The notes below the pieces were generated by a model, which was not told where the DNA came from, ran no database searches, and was given only the letters and a program-made list of their open reading frames with translations. DNA of 64,000 bases from an uncultured Actinomycetes bacterium (GTDB lineage: Bacteria > Actinomycetota > Thermoleophilia > Gaiellales > Gaiellaceae). Shown here piece after piece: positions 44,228 to 53,921 of this stretch. Positions within the stretch are counted from its first letter, which is position 1. Every line of letters starts with the position of its first letter. The position numbers were made by a program, and so were the translations under genes. Where the stretch lies: assembly GCA_963705535.1 (NCBI GenBank), contig CAVPJY010000012.1, positions 67,069 through 131,068 of the forward strand. Direction: 5' to 3'.

Positions 44228-46030
44228 TCAGCTGCAGCCGGGCAGCTTGAAGGACGCGATGCGCGTCTGCCAGCCAGCGGTCGAGCTCGCCTGGCCGGCG
44301 GCCGTGTAGTACTCGTTGACGTACCAGAACGTGCAGTCGTCCACGGGGTCGACGTTCATGGACGTGTAGTCGCCCCAACGGGAGTTCGTGGTCGTCTGGA
44401 CTCCCGATCCGTCGATGACGACGCCCTCGCCGAGCGTCATCTGCCCGAGCGGGTCGCCGGCGAGCCGACCCGTGTAACGGATGCCCGGGTAGACGTTGAC
44501 GCCGTTCACGACGCTGTAGCCGAGCGCCATGTTGCCCTTCTTGTCCTGGGCGATCGAGCCCATCCAGCGATGCACGCCGTCGTTGGGTGCGTACGTACCC
44601 TGCTGGTGGACGGAGTACGCGCCCGCTGCATCTCGCCGAATCTCGTACCAGCGCATGCCTGCCATTCCGGGCGAGGCCTCAACCGACTGTGTCGTGACCA
44701 TGGCTTCGTAGTCCTTGAAGTTGCGGTACGCCAGCCGGTGTGTCGGGCGCTGCCGGTACGACAGGATGTCGAGATACTGGGCGGTGTTGGCGATCCCCGG
44801 CTGCGGCAGGCAGTCACGACTATTGAGCCCACCCGGGGGGGCGCACGGAAACACCGAATCGAAAGCAGCGACGGGAAGCTGGGTTGCTAGCACCAGCGAC
44901 GCTGTCGGCGTCGAACGCCACTTCACATCGAGGTTCCAGATGTTGAGCGCGTCAGCCGCCGCCCCGTACGGGGCAAATCCGGCGTCCTGGGTGCCCACGA
45001 TCGGAATCGGCGTGTCGTTCTTCGGCTTCTGCTTGCCGTCGATGTCCGCCGGCAGAAGGCCGTCGCCCATCAGGTTGACCGGGACGACGTCCGAGTCGAG
45101 GAAGAACTGCACCGCCCGTGCCTTCGGCTCGCCGTTGACCATCTTGTTCTTCTCGAGCGCATAGACACTGATCCCGTACCTATCGTCGAATCCGAAGTCG
45201 CGTGTCGTCATGACGTACGAGTCCGTCCAGACGCCGTACTTCGGGTAGTCGGGGAAGAAGTAGCCGCCGTCCACTTCGTCCGGCTGCGTGATGAACGCAT
45301 AGCGGTAGTAGGCGCCCGTCGGATCGCCGGTCTGCGAGACGGCGATGCAGTTGTAGAAGGGCGCCGTGAACGGCGGGTCGAGCCCCCTCGTCGTGAACTG
45401 GCTCAGGATCCAGCGATCGGTCGTCTGGTCGTACAGCACGATCGGGTCGCCCGACGGATCGGTGCAGTCGGGAACGGCGAACCCGTCCCACAACGAGCCG
45501 ATGGCAGCCGGCCCAGCCAGGAGCGTGCCGGACTTGCTGTAGACGGCGAACGCGAGGTTGACCATCTCGACGTAGTGATTCGGCCCGACGTCGCCGACCG
45601 GGTCGGGCGGGTTGACGCGGCCCCCGTAGAGGTTGAAGTTGTCCTGGTTGCTGATCCCCTCGAAGTTCGCGTTCGGGGATGGGATCGCCGCGGCCACCTG
45701 CTGGACGCTGGTCTTCTGGGGTGCCATCGCCGCCAAGAGGCTCGCGCTTGTCGACCGGAACGCGCTCCAGGCGCCCGTCTCGGCGCCGAGCTCGCTGTCG
45801 GTGTCCTTCCCGGTTGCGGGCGGGAGAGTCAGACTGGAGGGCTTCACTTTCGCCAACTCGCGAAGCGGTTTCGAGACGTCGAATCCCGTTGCCTCCGTGA
45901 ATTTGGGGCCCTTCGTGTTGGGACCCGCCTGTGTCGCTCCCGCGGAAACCGCCATCACAACGGTGGCCACCAAAGCCACCGGAAGCGTGAGCCTCCAGAA
46001 CCGTACGGCGCGGCTGGGTGCTCTCGTCAT
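44228..46030 (-). CDS. Large secreted hypothetical protein (islet cargo)
   Basis: ORF track, 600 aa. Signal peptide RFWRLTLPVALVATVVMAVSAGATQA. Trp/Tyr/Gly/Asp-rich, suggesting a beta-rich protein. Codon usage is less GC-biased than in neighbouring genes. Confidence 0.8.
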   Translation of the reverse strand: MTRAPSRAVRFWRLTLPVALVATVVMAVSAGATQAGPNTKGPKFTEATGFDVSKPLRELAKVKPSSLTLPPATGKDTDSELGAETGAWSAFRSTSASLLAAMAPQKTSVQQVAAAIPSPNANFEGISNQDNFNLYGGRVNPPDPVGDVGPNHYVEMVNLAFAVYSKSGTLLAGPAAIGSLWDGFAVPDCTDPSGDPIVLYDQTTDRWILSQFTTRGLDPPFTAPFYNCIAVSQTGDPTGAYYRYAFITQPDEVDGGYFFPDYPKYGVWTDSYVMTTRDFGFDDRYGISVYALEKNKMVNGEPKARAVQFFLDSDVVPVNLMGDGLLPADIDGKQKPKNDTPIPIVGTQDAGFAPYGAAADALNIWNLDVKWRSTPTASLVLATQLPVAAFDSVFPCAPPGGLNSRDCLPQPGIANTAQYLDILSYRQRPTHRLAYRNFKDYEAMVTTQSVEASPGMAGMRWYEIRRDAAGAYSVHQQGTYAPNDGVHRWMGSIAQDKKGNMALGYSVVNGVNVYPGIRYTGRLAGDPLGQMTLGEGVVIDGSGVQTTTNSRWGDYTSMNVDPVDDCTFWYVNEYYTAAGQASSTAGWQTRIASFKLPGCS

Positions 46031-46068
46031 CGTTCCTCCCCTAGGTTGACCTTCGTGGACTGCACCCT

Positions 46069-46497
46069 ATGAGGTTTCACTTGCCGACGCGCGCTCCATC
46101 GACGAAAGCGCGCTACCGTGCAGGCGTGGGCCGACTCGGCGTCAGCTGTCTTGCACTCGCCGCGCTCGCCGTCGTTTCTGCGACCGGCTCGGCTTCGGTC
46201 GCTTCGGGCCTCAGGGGGAAGGTGACGCTCTCACCGAGCCGCCCCGTCTGTATCGAGGGCCAGCCATGCAGCAAGCCCGCGCCTGGTGTCCTCATCGTGT
46301 TCCGGCACGGCGGCCGTGTCATAGCCCGCGTCACGACGCGCCCCGATGCGAGCTACCGCGTGCTCCTCACTCCGGGAACGTACGCGGTCGCGGCGCCGCG
46401 GTTTCGCGTCGGAGTTGGAGTGACGCCGCACACCGTGCGTGTGCCGAAGGGGCGGCTCGCTCACATCGACCTGGAGATCGACACCGGGATCCAGTAG
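46069..46497 (+). CDS. Secreted carboxypeptidase-regulatory-like (Ig-like fold) domain protein
   Basis: ORF track. Signal peptide, then GKVTLSP...ARVTTRPDASYRVLLTPGTYAV, typical of CarboxypepD_reg-like domains. Confidence 0.6.
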   Translation: MRFHLPTRAPSTKARYRAGVGRLGVSCLALAALAVVSATGSASVASGLRGKVTLSPSRPVCIEGQPCSKPAPGVLIVFRHGGRVIARVTTRPDASYRVLLTPGTYAVAAPRFRVGVGVTPHTVRVPKGRLAHIDLEIDTGIQ

Positions 46498-46613
46498 CGC
46501 GCCTGGGACGCCCGACGACGGCGACATCAACACCTTCTGACAAGCCCTCGTAAGAACGACGAACCGCTTGCGCCGGCTCGTCGGCTCTTTTCACTCACCG
46601 CCCCAAGAGGGCG

Positions 46614-46937
46614 ATGTCCGAAGCCTTGAGACATCGACGGACGTTTCGGCGAGCGCCTTCTCCGCCGCACAGGTCTTTTCACCAATGGGGCGCGAGGGCG
46701 GGACGCACCTACAACAGGAACCTGTCCATCCTGCGGTACTTCTTCACGTTCCACGTCCTGCGCAAGCGCCTGCACAGCGACCCCACGCTCCCGATCGAGC
46801 GAGCGAAAAGGCGCTCCGCTCACCGCACGACCTTCAGCGACGACGAGCGGACACGATCCTCGCCTCCAACCCGGACTCGCGCACACGGTTGCGCATGCCT
46901 CCTGCTCGCCTACGGCCTGCGCAAGGACGACGCACCC
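46614..46937 (+). pseudogene. Tyrosine recombinase (phage integrase) remnant: N-terminal SAM-like domain up to box I only
   Basis: RTYNRNLSILRYFFTFHVLRKRLHSDPTLPIERAKRRSAHRTTFSDDE / ILASNPDSRTRLRM / LLLAYGLRKDD is spread over two frames. The catalytic C-terminal part is absent. Confidence 0.6.
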
Positions 46938-47240
46938 GTGTGGGCCATACTCGTCCCTGTGCTCGAGGTCTCGTTCTTCGCTTTGGTGATCGCCTTTCCA
47001 CTCATAGGAGCACTGACACGTCGTTGGATCGCTGTGATAATCCCGCTTCTCGGCTGGCCCTTGTACTACATCGGCATGAATCGTGGCTGGTGGCTCGACG
47101 GCACCGGCGACGGCTGGCAAACCATCGCACGCTCGATGACCGTGATCGGTGTGATTACCACAACTGCCGCGATCGCCCTCGGCCGCGCACTCCGGCCGGT
47201 CAAGCATGAGGGCTTGAACACTCGCCTCGCACAACGCTAA
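46938..47240 (+). CDS. Possible small membrane protein
   Basis: In-frame GTG at 46938. Three hydrophobic helices (WAILVPVLEVSFFALVIAFPLIG, IAVIIPLLGWPLYYIG, MTVIGVITTTAAIALG). May be a fortuitous fusion with the integrase remnant ORF. Confidence 0.35.
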   Translation: MWAILVPVLEVSFFALVIAFPLIGALTRRWIAVIIPLLGWPLYYIGMNRGWWLDGTGDGWQTIARSMTVIGVITTTAAIALGRALRPVKHEGLNTRLAQR

Positions 47241-47294
47241 CGCCGTGGCACGACCCGTTTGACAGCGCTCGACACGGCTCATCCGAGCGAGAAG

Positions 47295-47660
47295 TGGAGG
47301 CGGCGGGAATCGAACCCGCGTCCGCGGCCGCACCGAACAGGGCATCTACGAGCGTAGTCCGCGCTTGATCTCGCCCGACGGCCGGTTCGCGGACGACCAA
47401 CCGACGGGCCAGCCATCCTGAAGAGTCGCGCTCCGGGCGATTGGCTCTCCCTCGGCACCGAGCCCGATCGTTGGCGCCGGCTCCCGGATCTCGGGCCGAA
47501 TCCGGGTCGGCGTCGCCTTACCTAGCTACTAACTAGGCGGCGAGTGCGAGTTCGTTCTTGTTCGCACTTGCTTTGGTGCCGGTTGATTTACGAGGCCAAC
47601 CGGCGACCTCGGCTCGCAGCTCTGCCGGAGAACCGACCACGTCGAGACCTGGTCGCCCCC
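47295..47660 (-). ncRNA. ssrA: tmRNA (SsrA), tag peptide (AS)ANKNELALAA
   Basis: The 5' end GGGGGCGAC pairs with the 3' end CGCCTCC-A, including a G3:U pair. T arm GCGGG-TTCGATT-CCCGC. The tag ORF GCG AAC AAG AAC GAA CTC GCA CTC GCC GCC TAG runs from 47565 to 47533. smpB lies 7 kb away. Confidence 0.93.
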
Positions 47661-47769
47661 GTATGTGTCTTCAGGTTTGCAGGATAGCTGCCGATAAGCG
47701 CACTGGCCGACCTGGTCAGAGGATGAAACGGGAAGAACACCAGCCCTTACTGCGAAAGGACCGATCCTT

Positions 47770-48752
47770 GTGGCGCTGATGATGGAGGAGAAGTACGACG
47801 ACTTCGCGGACCTGCGCGAGCGGGCCAAGCGGGAAGTCTGCGAAGGTCGTGATCGGCCAGGACCGCACCGTCGAATTGCTCCTCATCGCCGCCGTGTCAC
47901 ACGGGCACGTGCTGATCGAAGGCCCTCCCGGCAGCGCGAAGACGCTCATCGCGCGCGCCGTCGCGCACATGCTCGGCGCGTCCTTCAAGCGCATCCAGTT
48001 CACGCCCGACACGTCGCCGAGCGAGCTCAACGGCGTCAACACGATCCGCGCCGGCGAGCACGTGTTCATGCCGGGCGCCGTGTTTACGAACGTGCTCCTC
48101 GCGGACGAGATCAACCGCACGATGCCGCGCACCCAGGCTGCCCTGTTCGAGCCGATGCAGGAGCGCCAGGTCACGGTCGACGGCAAGGCGCACAAGCTCC
48201 CGGACCCGTTCCTCGTCATCGCGACGCAGAACCCCTTCGAGCACGAGGGCGTGTACCCGCTCCCGGAGGGCCAGCTCGACCGCTTCCTGTTCAAGATCGA
48301 GCTCACCTACGCGGACGCCGACAGCGAGCTCGCGATGCTCAACCTCCCCCACAAGGGCATCGCACCGGACATGCTCGGCGAGGTGCGGCCGCTGCTCGGC
48401 GTCGTCGGCCTCGACAAGGCGCGGCAGGAGCTCGAGCACACCGAGGTCCCGGACTCCGTCGGGCGCTACATCGTCGCGCTCGGACGGCGTACGCGCGACA
48501 TCCCGGGCGTCGAGCTCGGCGTCAGCTCCCGGGCGATGATCCATCTCGTCAACGCCGTGAAGGCCAACGCGCGGCTGAACGGACGCTCGCTCGTGACGAT
48601 CGAGGACGTCCGCGAGATGGCGCCGTACGTGCTCAAGCACCGCCTCGTCGTCACCGAGGAGACGACGCCGGACGAAGGCTCTGCAGCTCGCGCTGAGCTC
48701 GGTGCCGACGCCGGTCGCACCTGCCGCGCCGGCGGCCGTCGAGCTCGCCTGA
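47770..48752 (+). pseudogene. MoxR family AAA+ ATPase, paralog 2, two frame interruptions
   Basis: VALMMEEKYDDFADLRERAKREV (ORF 47770..) continues into ORF 47849.. (AKVVIGQDRTVELLL...GPPGSAKT...LADEINR), then into a third frame (ALQLALSSVPTPVAPAAPAAVELA, stop 48750-48752). Colinear with paralog 3 without gaps. Confidence 0.75.
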
Positions 48753-48883
48753 TCCCGCTCCCGCGCCCGCGCCGGGGTTGACGCCCGCCGGGGCTCCGCC
48801 GATAGTGCGGTCGGGGAAAACTGGGATGCTTGCGTCCGGGCGAGCTAGAATCGCTCGGACCGCAGATACAGGGGGGCTGGACC

Positions 48884-49864
48884 GTGGCAATCATCTGGGA
48901 AGAGCCGTACGAGAACCTCACCGACCTGCGCGAGCGCGCGAAGGCGGAGATCGCGAAGGTCGTCCTCGGCCAGGATCGTGCGGTCGAGCTGCTCCTCGTC
49001 GCCGCGCTGGCGCGCGGGCACGTGCTCCTCGAGGGCCCGCCCGGAAGCGCGAAGACCCTCCTCGCGCGCGCGACCGCGCACATGCTCGGCGCGACGTTCA
49101 AGCGGATCCAGTTCACGCCCGACACGACGCCGGCCGAGCTGACCGGCATCAACGTCATCCGCGCCGGCGAGAAGGTGTTCGTGCCCGGCGTCGTCTTCAC
49201 GAACGTCCTCCTCGCGGACGAGATCAACCGCACGCCCCCGCGCACGCAGGCCGCTCTGCTCGAGGCGATGCAGGAGCGGCAGGTCACCGTCGAGGGCAAG
49301 GGCCACAAGCTCCCGGACCCGTTCCTCGTCATCGCGACGCAGAACCCGTTCGAGCACCGCGACGTCTTCGAGCTGCCCGAGTCGCAGCTCGACCGCTTCC
49401 TCTTCAAGATCCAGCTGGACTACGCCGACTCGGAGAGCGAGTTCGAGATGCTCGACCTTCCGCACCGCGGCATCGCGCCGGACATGCTCGGCGAGGTGCG
49501 CCCGCTGCTCGGCGTCGTCGGCCTGGACAAGGCCCGGATCGAGCTCGACGGCACCGACCTTCCCGAGGAGGTCGGCCGCTACATGGTGGCGATCGCGCGG
49601 AAGACCCGCGAGCTGCCGGGCGTCGATCTCGGCGTCAGCTCGCGCGGGATCATCCACCTGGCGAGCGCCGCCAAGGCGAACGCGCGCCTCAGCGGGCGGG
49701 AGGTCGTGACGCCCGCCGACGTGCAGGAGGTCGCCCCGTACGTCCTCCGCCACCGGCTGATCCTCCAGGACGACGTCACGGCCGAGGAGATCATCCGCAC
49801 CGCGCTCGAGCAGGTGCCGGCGCCGCTCGTGCAGGTCCCGGTCGCGACCTTCACCTACGTCTAG
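48884..49864 (+). CDS. MoxR family AAA+ ATPase, paralog 3 (intact)
   Basis: ORF 48830..49864 from GTG at 48884 (VAIIWEEPYENLTDLRERAK). Walker A GPPGSAKT, Walker B LLADEINRTP. Confidence 0.9.
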   Translation: MAIIWEEPYENLTDLRERAKAEIAKVVLGQDRAVELLLVAALARGHVLLEGPPGSAKTLLARATAHMLGATFKRIQFTPDTTPAELTGINVIRAGEKVFVPGVVFTNVLLADEINRTPPRTQAALLEAMQERQVTVEGKGHKLPDPFLVIATQNPFEHRDVFELPESQLDRFLFKIQLDYADSESEFEMLDLPHRGIAPDMLGEVRPLLGVVGLDKARIELDGTDLPEEVGRYMVAIARKTRELPGVDLGVSSRGIIHLASAAKANARLSGREVVTPADVQEVAPYVLRHRLILQDDVTAEEIIRTALEQVPAPLVQVPVATFTYV

Positions 49865-49865
49865 C

Positions 49866-49968
49866 GCCGGAGCAGGCCGACCGGCCGCGGGCGAACCTCG
49901 CCCACCGCGGACGCGGAGCGTCCGCGCTTCAGGGGTTGTCCGCGACGCCGCTCGCGTGAGCGAGCGGC
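49866..49968. repeat. REP-like multi-hairpin element
   Basis: Hairpin GCGGACGC-GGA-GCGTCCGC (49907-49925), then CTTCAGGGG, then hairpin GCCGCTCGC-GTGA-GCGAGCGGC (49947-49968). Inverted copy of 29600-29670. Confidence 0.8.
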
Positions 49969-50035
49969 CGTCTTGCGGAGGACCGGAGCCGCACCACCGC
50001 AGCGGGCGGCCCCGGTCTCGACCCACGGGGATCGC

Positions 50036-50882
50036 CTATCCCGTCGAGGAGGCCTCCTCCAGCGCGCGCCGTGTCAGCACGGTGGCGAGATGCCGGCGGA
50101 AGTCGGCGCTCGCGGCGTGGTCGGACGGCGGGTTCCGCCCCTCGCTCGCGAGCTTCGACGCCTCCTCGATGCCGGCACCGTCCGCGATCGCCTGCTCCGA
50201 GGCCCGTGCCCGCACCGCGGTCGCGCCCATGTTCGTGAGCGCGATCGCCGCGCGCGAGATGTCTCCGTTCGAGCGCTCCACGACCGCGGCCACGCCGACC
50301 GTTGCCCAGTCCTGCGCTCTGCGGGCCATCTTCACGTACGACCAGCCGGTCGAGGGGGCGAGCTTGGGCACGCGGATCTCCACGAGCATCTCGCCCTCCT
50401 GCGAGCGCCGTCTGGAAGACGCCGGTGCAGAAGTCGAGCGCCGGGATCGTCCGCTCGCCACCGGCGCCTCGCACGACCATGTCCGCGTCGACGGCGAAGA
50501 GCACGGTCGGGAGGTCCGAGGCCGGGTCGCTGTGCGAGATCGAGCCGCCGATCGTCCCGCGATGCCGTACCTGCGGGTCTCCGACCTGGCCGGCGGTGAA
50601 GGAGACGATCGGGCAGTGCTCCTGGAGAAGCGGGGCGTCGCGGACGTCCTTGTGCCGCGTGACCGCCCCGATCGCGATCCGGTCGCCGTCGTCACGCACG
50701 TAGTCGAGCTCGTCGAGCCCTCCGATGTCGATCAGGCACGCCGGGCGCGCGATGCGGAGCTTCATCGCCGGCAGGAGCGAGTGCCCTCCGGCGAGGAGCT
50801 TCGCGTCCTCCCGCTCGCCGAGCAGCTGGATCGCGTGCTCGGTGCTCTCGGCGACCTCGTAGTCGAACGGCGCGGGGATCAT
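50036..50882 (-). CDS. Molybdoenzyme FAD-binding subunit (CoxM-like), frame interrupted near 50402
   Basis: [21 protein letters not shown]...LLAGGHSLLPAMKLR...GTIGGSISHSDPASD continues after skipping one base into ORF 50036..50695 (QEGEMLVEIRVPKL...). ATGA overlap with the large-subunit gene. Confidence 0.8.
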
Positions 50883-53233
50883 GACGTCGCCTCCTGGATC
50901 GCGTTCCACACTCGCTCCGGCGTCGCCGGCATCTGAATGTCGGTGACGCCGAGGTGCGAGAGCGCGTCGACGACGGCGTTGATGACCGCAGGGGCGGCGG
51001 CGATCGTGCCCGTCTCCCCCACGCCCTTGACCCCGAGCGGGTTGTCCGCCTCCGTCAGCGTCCGGTCCGTCTCGTACGACGGGACCTCGGCCGCCGACGG
51101 GACGAGGTACGTCGTCATGGTCGTCGTCATGAGGTTGCCCTCGGAGTCGTACGCACCTTCCTCGTAGAGCGCGGCGGCGATCCCCTGGGTGATCCCTCCG
51201 TGCACCTGCCCGTCGACGATCATCGGGTTGACGGGATTCCCGATGTCGTCGACGGCGACGTAGCGCACGAGCCGGGTGTCCCCGGTCTCCGTGTCCACCT
51301 CCACGACCGCGGCGTGCGCGCCACCTGGCCACGAGAAGTTCGGCGGGTCGAACACGGCCGTCGCCTCGAGCCCCGGCTCCATGTCGTCCGGAAGGTTGTG
51401 CGCCGAGTGCGCCTGGAAGGCGACGTCCTTGATCCCCATGCTCCGGTCGGGCGACCCCTTCACGGTGAACGTCCCGTCCGCGAAGTCGAGGTCGGCCTCC
51501 GAGACCTCGAGCTGGTGCGCGACGATCGACCGCGCCTTCTCGATGATCTTCTGGCCTGCGTTCCAGAGCGCGATCCCGCCGACGGTCAGCGAGCGGCTCC
51601 CGTACGTGTCCATCCCGAGCTGCGAGACGGCGGTGTCGCCGTGCAGGACCTCGACGTCGTCGATGGACACGCCCAGCTCGTCGGCGACGATCTGCGCCCA
51701 CGAGGTCTCGTGGCCCTGACCGTGCGGCGACGTGCCGGTCACGACCTGCACGGAGCCGAGGGGCTGGAACCGGATCGTCGCGCTGTCCCAGCCTCCGACC
51801 GCGTAGCGGATGGCCCCGAGGATCCTCGACGGAGCGAGGCCGCACATCTCGTTGTACGTCGAGAAGCCGACGCCGAGCTGCTTCACGTCGTTCCGCGCCC
51901 GCCGCGCCTCCTGCTCCGCCTGGATGGCGGGCAGGTCGAGGAGCTCGAGCAGGCGTTCGAGCGACGCGTCGTAGTCGCCGGAGTCGATCGTGAGCCCCGA
52001 AGACATCGTGTACGGGAACTCCTTGATGAAGTTCTTCCGTCTGAGCTCGACCCGGTCGATCCCGAGCTCGGCCGCGAGCGCGTCCATCGTGCGCTCGAGG
52101 ACGTACGTCGCCTCGGGCCTCCCGGCTCCGCGGTACGCGTCCGTCGGCGTCGTGTGCGTGAACACGCCCGTGAACGTCACGGAGTAGTTGGGGATCGCGT
52201 ACGGGCCGGAGTAGAGCCAGGCGCCGAGCAGCGGTATGCCCGGCGTCACGAGCTGGAGGTAGGCGCCCATGGCGCAGAGCGCCTCGGACTTGACGGCCGT
52301 GATCGTGCCGTCCTTCGTCGCCGCGAGCGTGAGCTCGTGCTGCACGTCGCGTCCGTGGATCGTGGCCTGGTAGCCCTCGGCACGTTCCTCCGTCCACTTC
52401 ACCGGTCGCCCGAGCCGGTTCGCGAGGGTCACGGCGAGGTACTCCTCGGCGTACGCCTCGACCTTCGACCCGAAGCCGCCACCGACATCGGGCGCGATCA
52501 CGCGCATCTTCGACTCGGGGATTCCGAGGACGAGCTGCATCGTGAAGCGCAGGATGTGCGGGACCTGGGTGGACGACCACAGGGTCATGTCACCCGTGGG
52601 GCCGGGTTGCGCGAGAACGCCGCGGGGCTCGATCGCGTTCGGGATGAGCCGCGGCTGGTAGTAACGTCGCGTCACGACGACGTCGCCCGCGTCGATCGCA
52701 GCCTGGACGTCGCCCGAGTCGAGCTTCCAGACGTAGCACTCGTTCGTGCCGAGGTCCGCGTGCACGAGCGGCGCGCCGTCCTCGAGGGCCTTCGCCACGT
52801 CGGCGACGGAGTCGAGTTGCTCGTATTCGACCTCCACGAGCTCGGCCGCGTCCTTCGCGAGCGCTCTGCTCTCTGCGACGACCACGGCGACGCCGTCGCC
52901 CTGGTACCGGGCCTCCTCGGCGGCGAGCGGGAAGTGCGGCGGCATCTTGATGTCCTCGGTCACCGGCCAGGCGCACGGCATGGAGCCGGCCCAGTCGTCG
53001 GCGAGGTCGGTGCCGCTGAACGCGGCGATCACCCCTTCGGCAGCCCTCGCGGCATCGAGGTTGACGCTCGCGATCCGCGCGTGCGGATAGGGGCTGCGGA
53101 CGACGGCCATGTAGACCGTGCCGGGGAGCGTGAGGTTGTCGACGTACGTGCCCTTGCCGCGCAGGAGCGATGCGTCCTCCTTCCGCGGGACGGAGCTGCC
53201 GACGTAGGTCTCGGTCGACTCGACGACGGCCAT
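50879..53233 (-). CDS. Xanthine dehydrogenase/CODH family molybdopterin-binding large subunit (form II CoxL-like)
   Basis: ORF track, 784 aa. The active-site loop reads AYRGAGR (form II) and not VAYRCSFR (bona fide CO dehydrogenase). Confidence 0.9.
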   Translation of the reverse strand: MAVVESTETYVGSSVPRKEDASLLRGKGTYVDNLTLPGTVYMAVVRSPYPHARIASVNLDAARAAEGVIAAFSGTDLADDWAGSMPCAWPVTEDIKMPPHFPLAAEEARYQGDGVAVVVAESRALAKDAAELVEVEYEQLDSVADVAKALEDGAPLVHADLGTNECYVWKLDSGDVQAAIDAGDVVVTRRYYQPRLIPNAIEPRGVLAQPGPTGDMTLWSSTQVPHILRFTMQLVLGIPESKMRVIAPDVGGGFGSKVEAYAEEYLAVTLANRLGRPVKWTEERAEGYQATIHGRDVQHELTLAATKDGTITAVKSEALCAMGAYLQLVTPGIPLLGAWLYSGPYAIPNYSVTFTGVFTHTTPTDAYRGAGRPEATYVLERTMDALAAELGIDRVELRRKNFIKEFPYTMSSGLTIDSGDYDASLERLLELLDLPAIQAEQEARRARNDVKQLGVGFSTYNEMCGLAPSRILGAIRYAVGGWDSATIRFQPLGSVQVVTGTSPHGQGHETSWAQIVADELGVSIDDVEVLHGDTAVSQLGMDTYGSRSLTVGGIALWNAGQKIIEKARSIVAHQLEVSEADLDFADGTFTVKGSPDRSMGIKDVAFQAHSAHNLPDDMEPGLEATAVFDPPNFSWPGGAHAAVVEVDTETGDTRLVRYVAVDDIGNPVNPMIVDGQVHGGITQGIAAALYEEGAYDSEGNLMTTTMTTYLVPSAAEVPSYETDRTLTEADNPLGVKGVGETGTIAAAPAVINAVVDALSHLGVTDIQMPATPERVWNAIQEATS

Positions 53234-53695
53234 CTAGCTCACCCCCGCTGCGGACGCGACCGCCCGGACGATGTTGTGGTACCCGGTGCAGCGGCAGAGG
53301 TTGCCCTCGAGACCGAGGCGGATGGTGTCCTCGTCGGTCGCCTCACCGCTCTCGATCAGGCTCACGGCGGCCATCACCATCCCCGGCGTGCAGAAGCCGC
53401 ACTGGAGCGCGTGCTGGTCGTGGAACGCCTGCTGAACGGCGTGGAACGAGCCGTTCGTCGCGAGACCTTCGATCGTCGTCACCTCGAGCCCGTCCGCCTG
53501 GACGCCGAGCATCGTGCAGGACTTCACCGACTCGCCGTTCACGAGCACGGTGCAGGACCCGCACGAAGACGTGTCGCAGCCGACGTTCGTGCCCGTGAGC
53601 CCGAGTCGCTCGCGGAGCACGTACACGAGAAGCTCGCGCGGCTCGACCTCGAGCTCGTGGCGTATGCCGTTGACGGTCAGCGCCACTCGTCGCAT
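53234..53695 (-). CDS. (2Fe-2S)-binding small subunit (CoxS-like)
   Basis: ORF track. Cysteine motifs [12 protein letters not shown] and QCGFCTPG...CRCTGY. Confidence 0.92.
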   Translation of the reverse strand: MRRVALTVNGIRHELEVEPRELLVYVLRERLGLTGTNVGCDTSSCGSCTVLVNGESVKSCTMLGVQADGLEVTTIEGLATNGSFHAVQQAFHDQHALQCGFCTPGMVMAAVSLIESGEATDEDTIRLGLEGNLCRCTGYHNIVRAVASAAGVS

Positions 53696-53727
53696 CGGCT
53701 CTCCTTTCCGCGATGTTGTGCGCGAGA

Positions 53728-53800
53728 CCGGAATCCGCTGACGCGCGGATTCCGGCCGCGCGATGATTCCCGAAGGCGTCCGCTTCGCGGCCGCTGTGTC
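53728..53800. repeat. REP-like element
   Basis: Hairpin CCGGAATCCGC-TGACGC-GCGGATTCCGG (53728-53755), then GATTCCCGAAG, then an imperfect GCGTCCGC-TTCG-CGGCCGC hairpin. Confidence 0.7.
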
Positions 53801-53921
53801 GTCGTCTCCATCTCGCCCCAGCCGAGACTAGTACGGCGGCCGACGTTCCGCCAGTTGCCGCCGGGTAGCCAGCGCGCGCGGGATGCTCTAGCGTGGAGGG
53901 GTCGCGAGAGAGGGGTGCGAG

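Larger units (their letters stand above)
43689..47320. mobile_element. Decayed ~3.6-kb genomic islet integrated at the 3' end of ssrA
   Basis: Flanking 28-nt direct repeats. A tyrosine-integrase remnant lies next to the tmRNA gene. Composition is visibly lower in GC, and the cargo genes have no housekeeping context. Confidence 0.65.
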
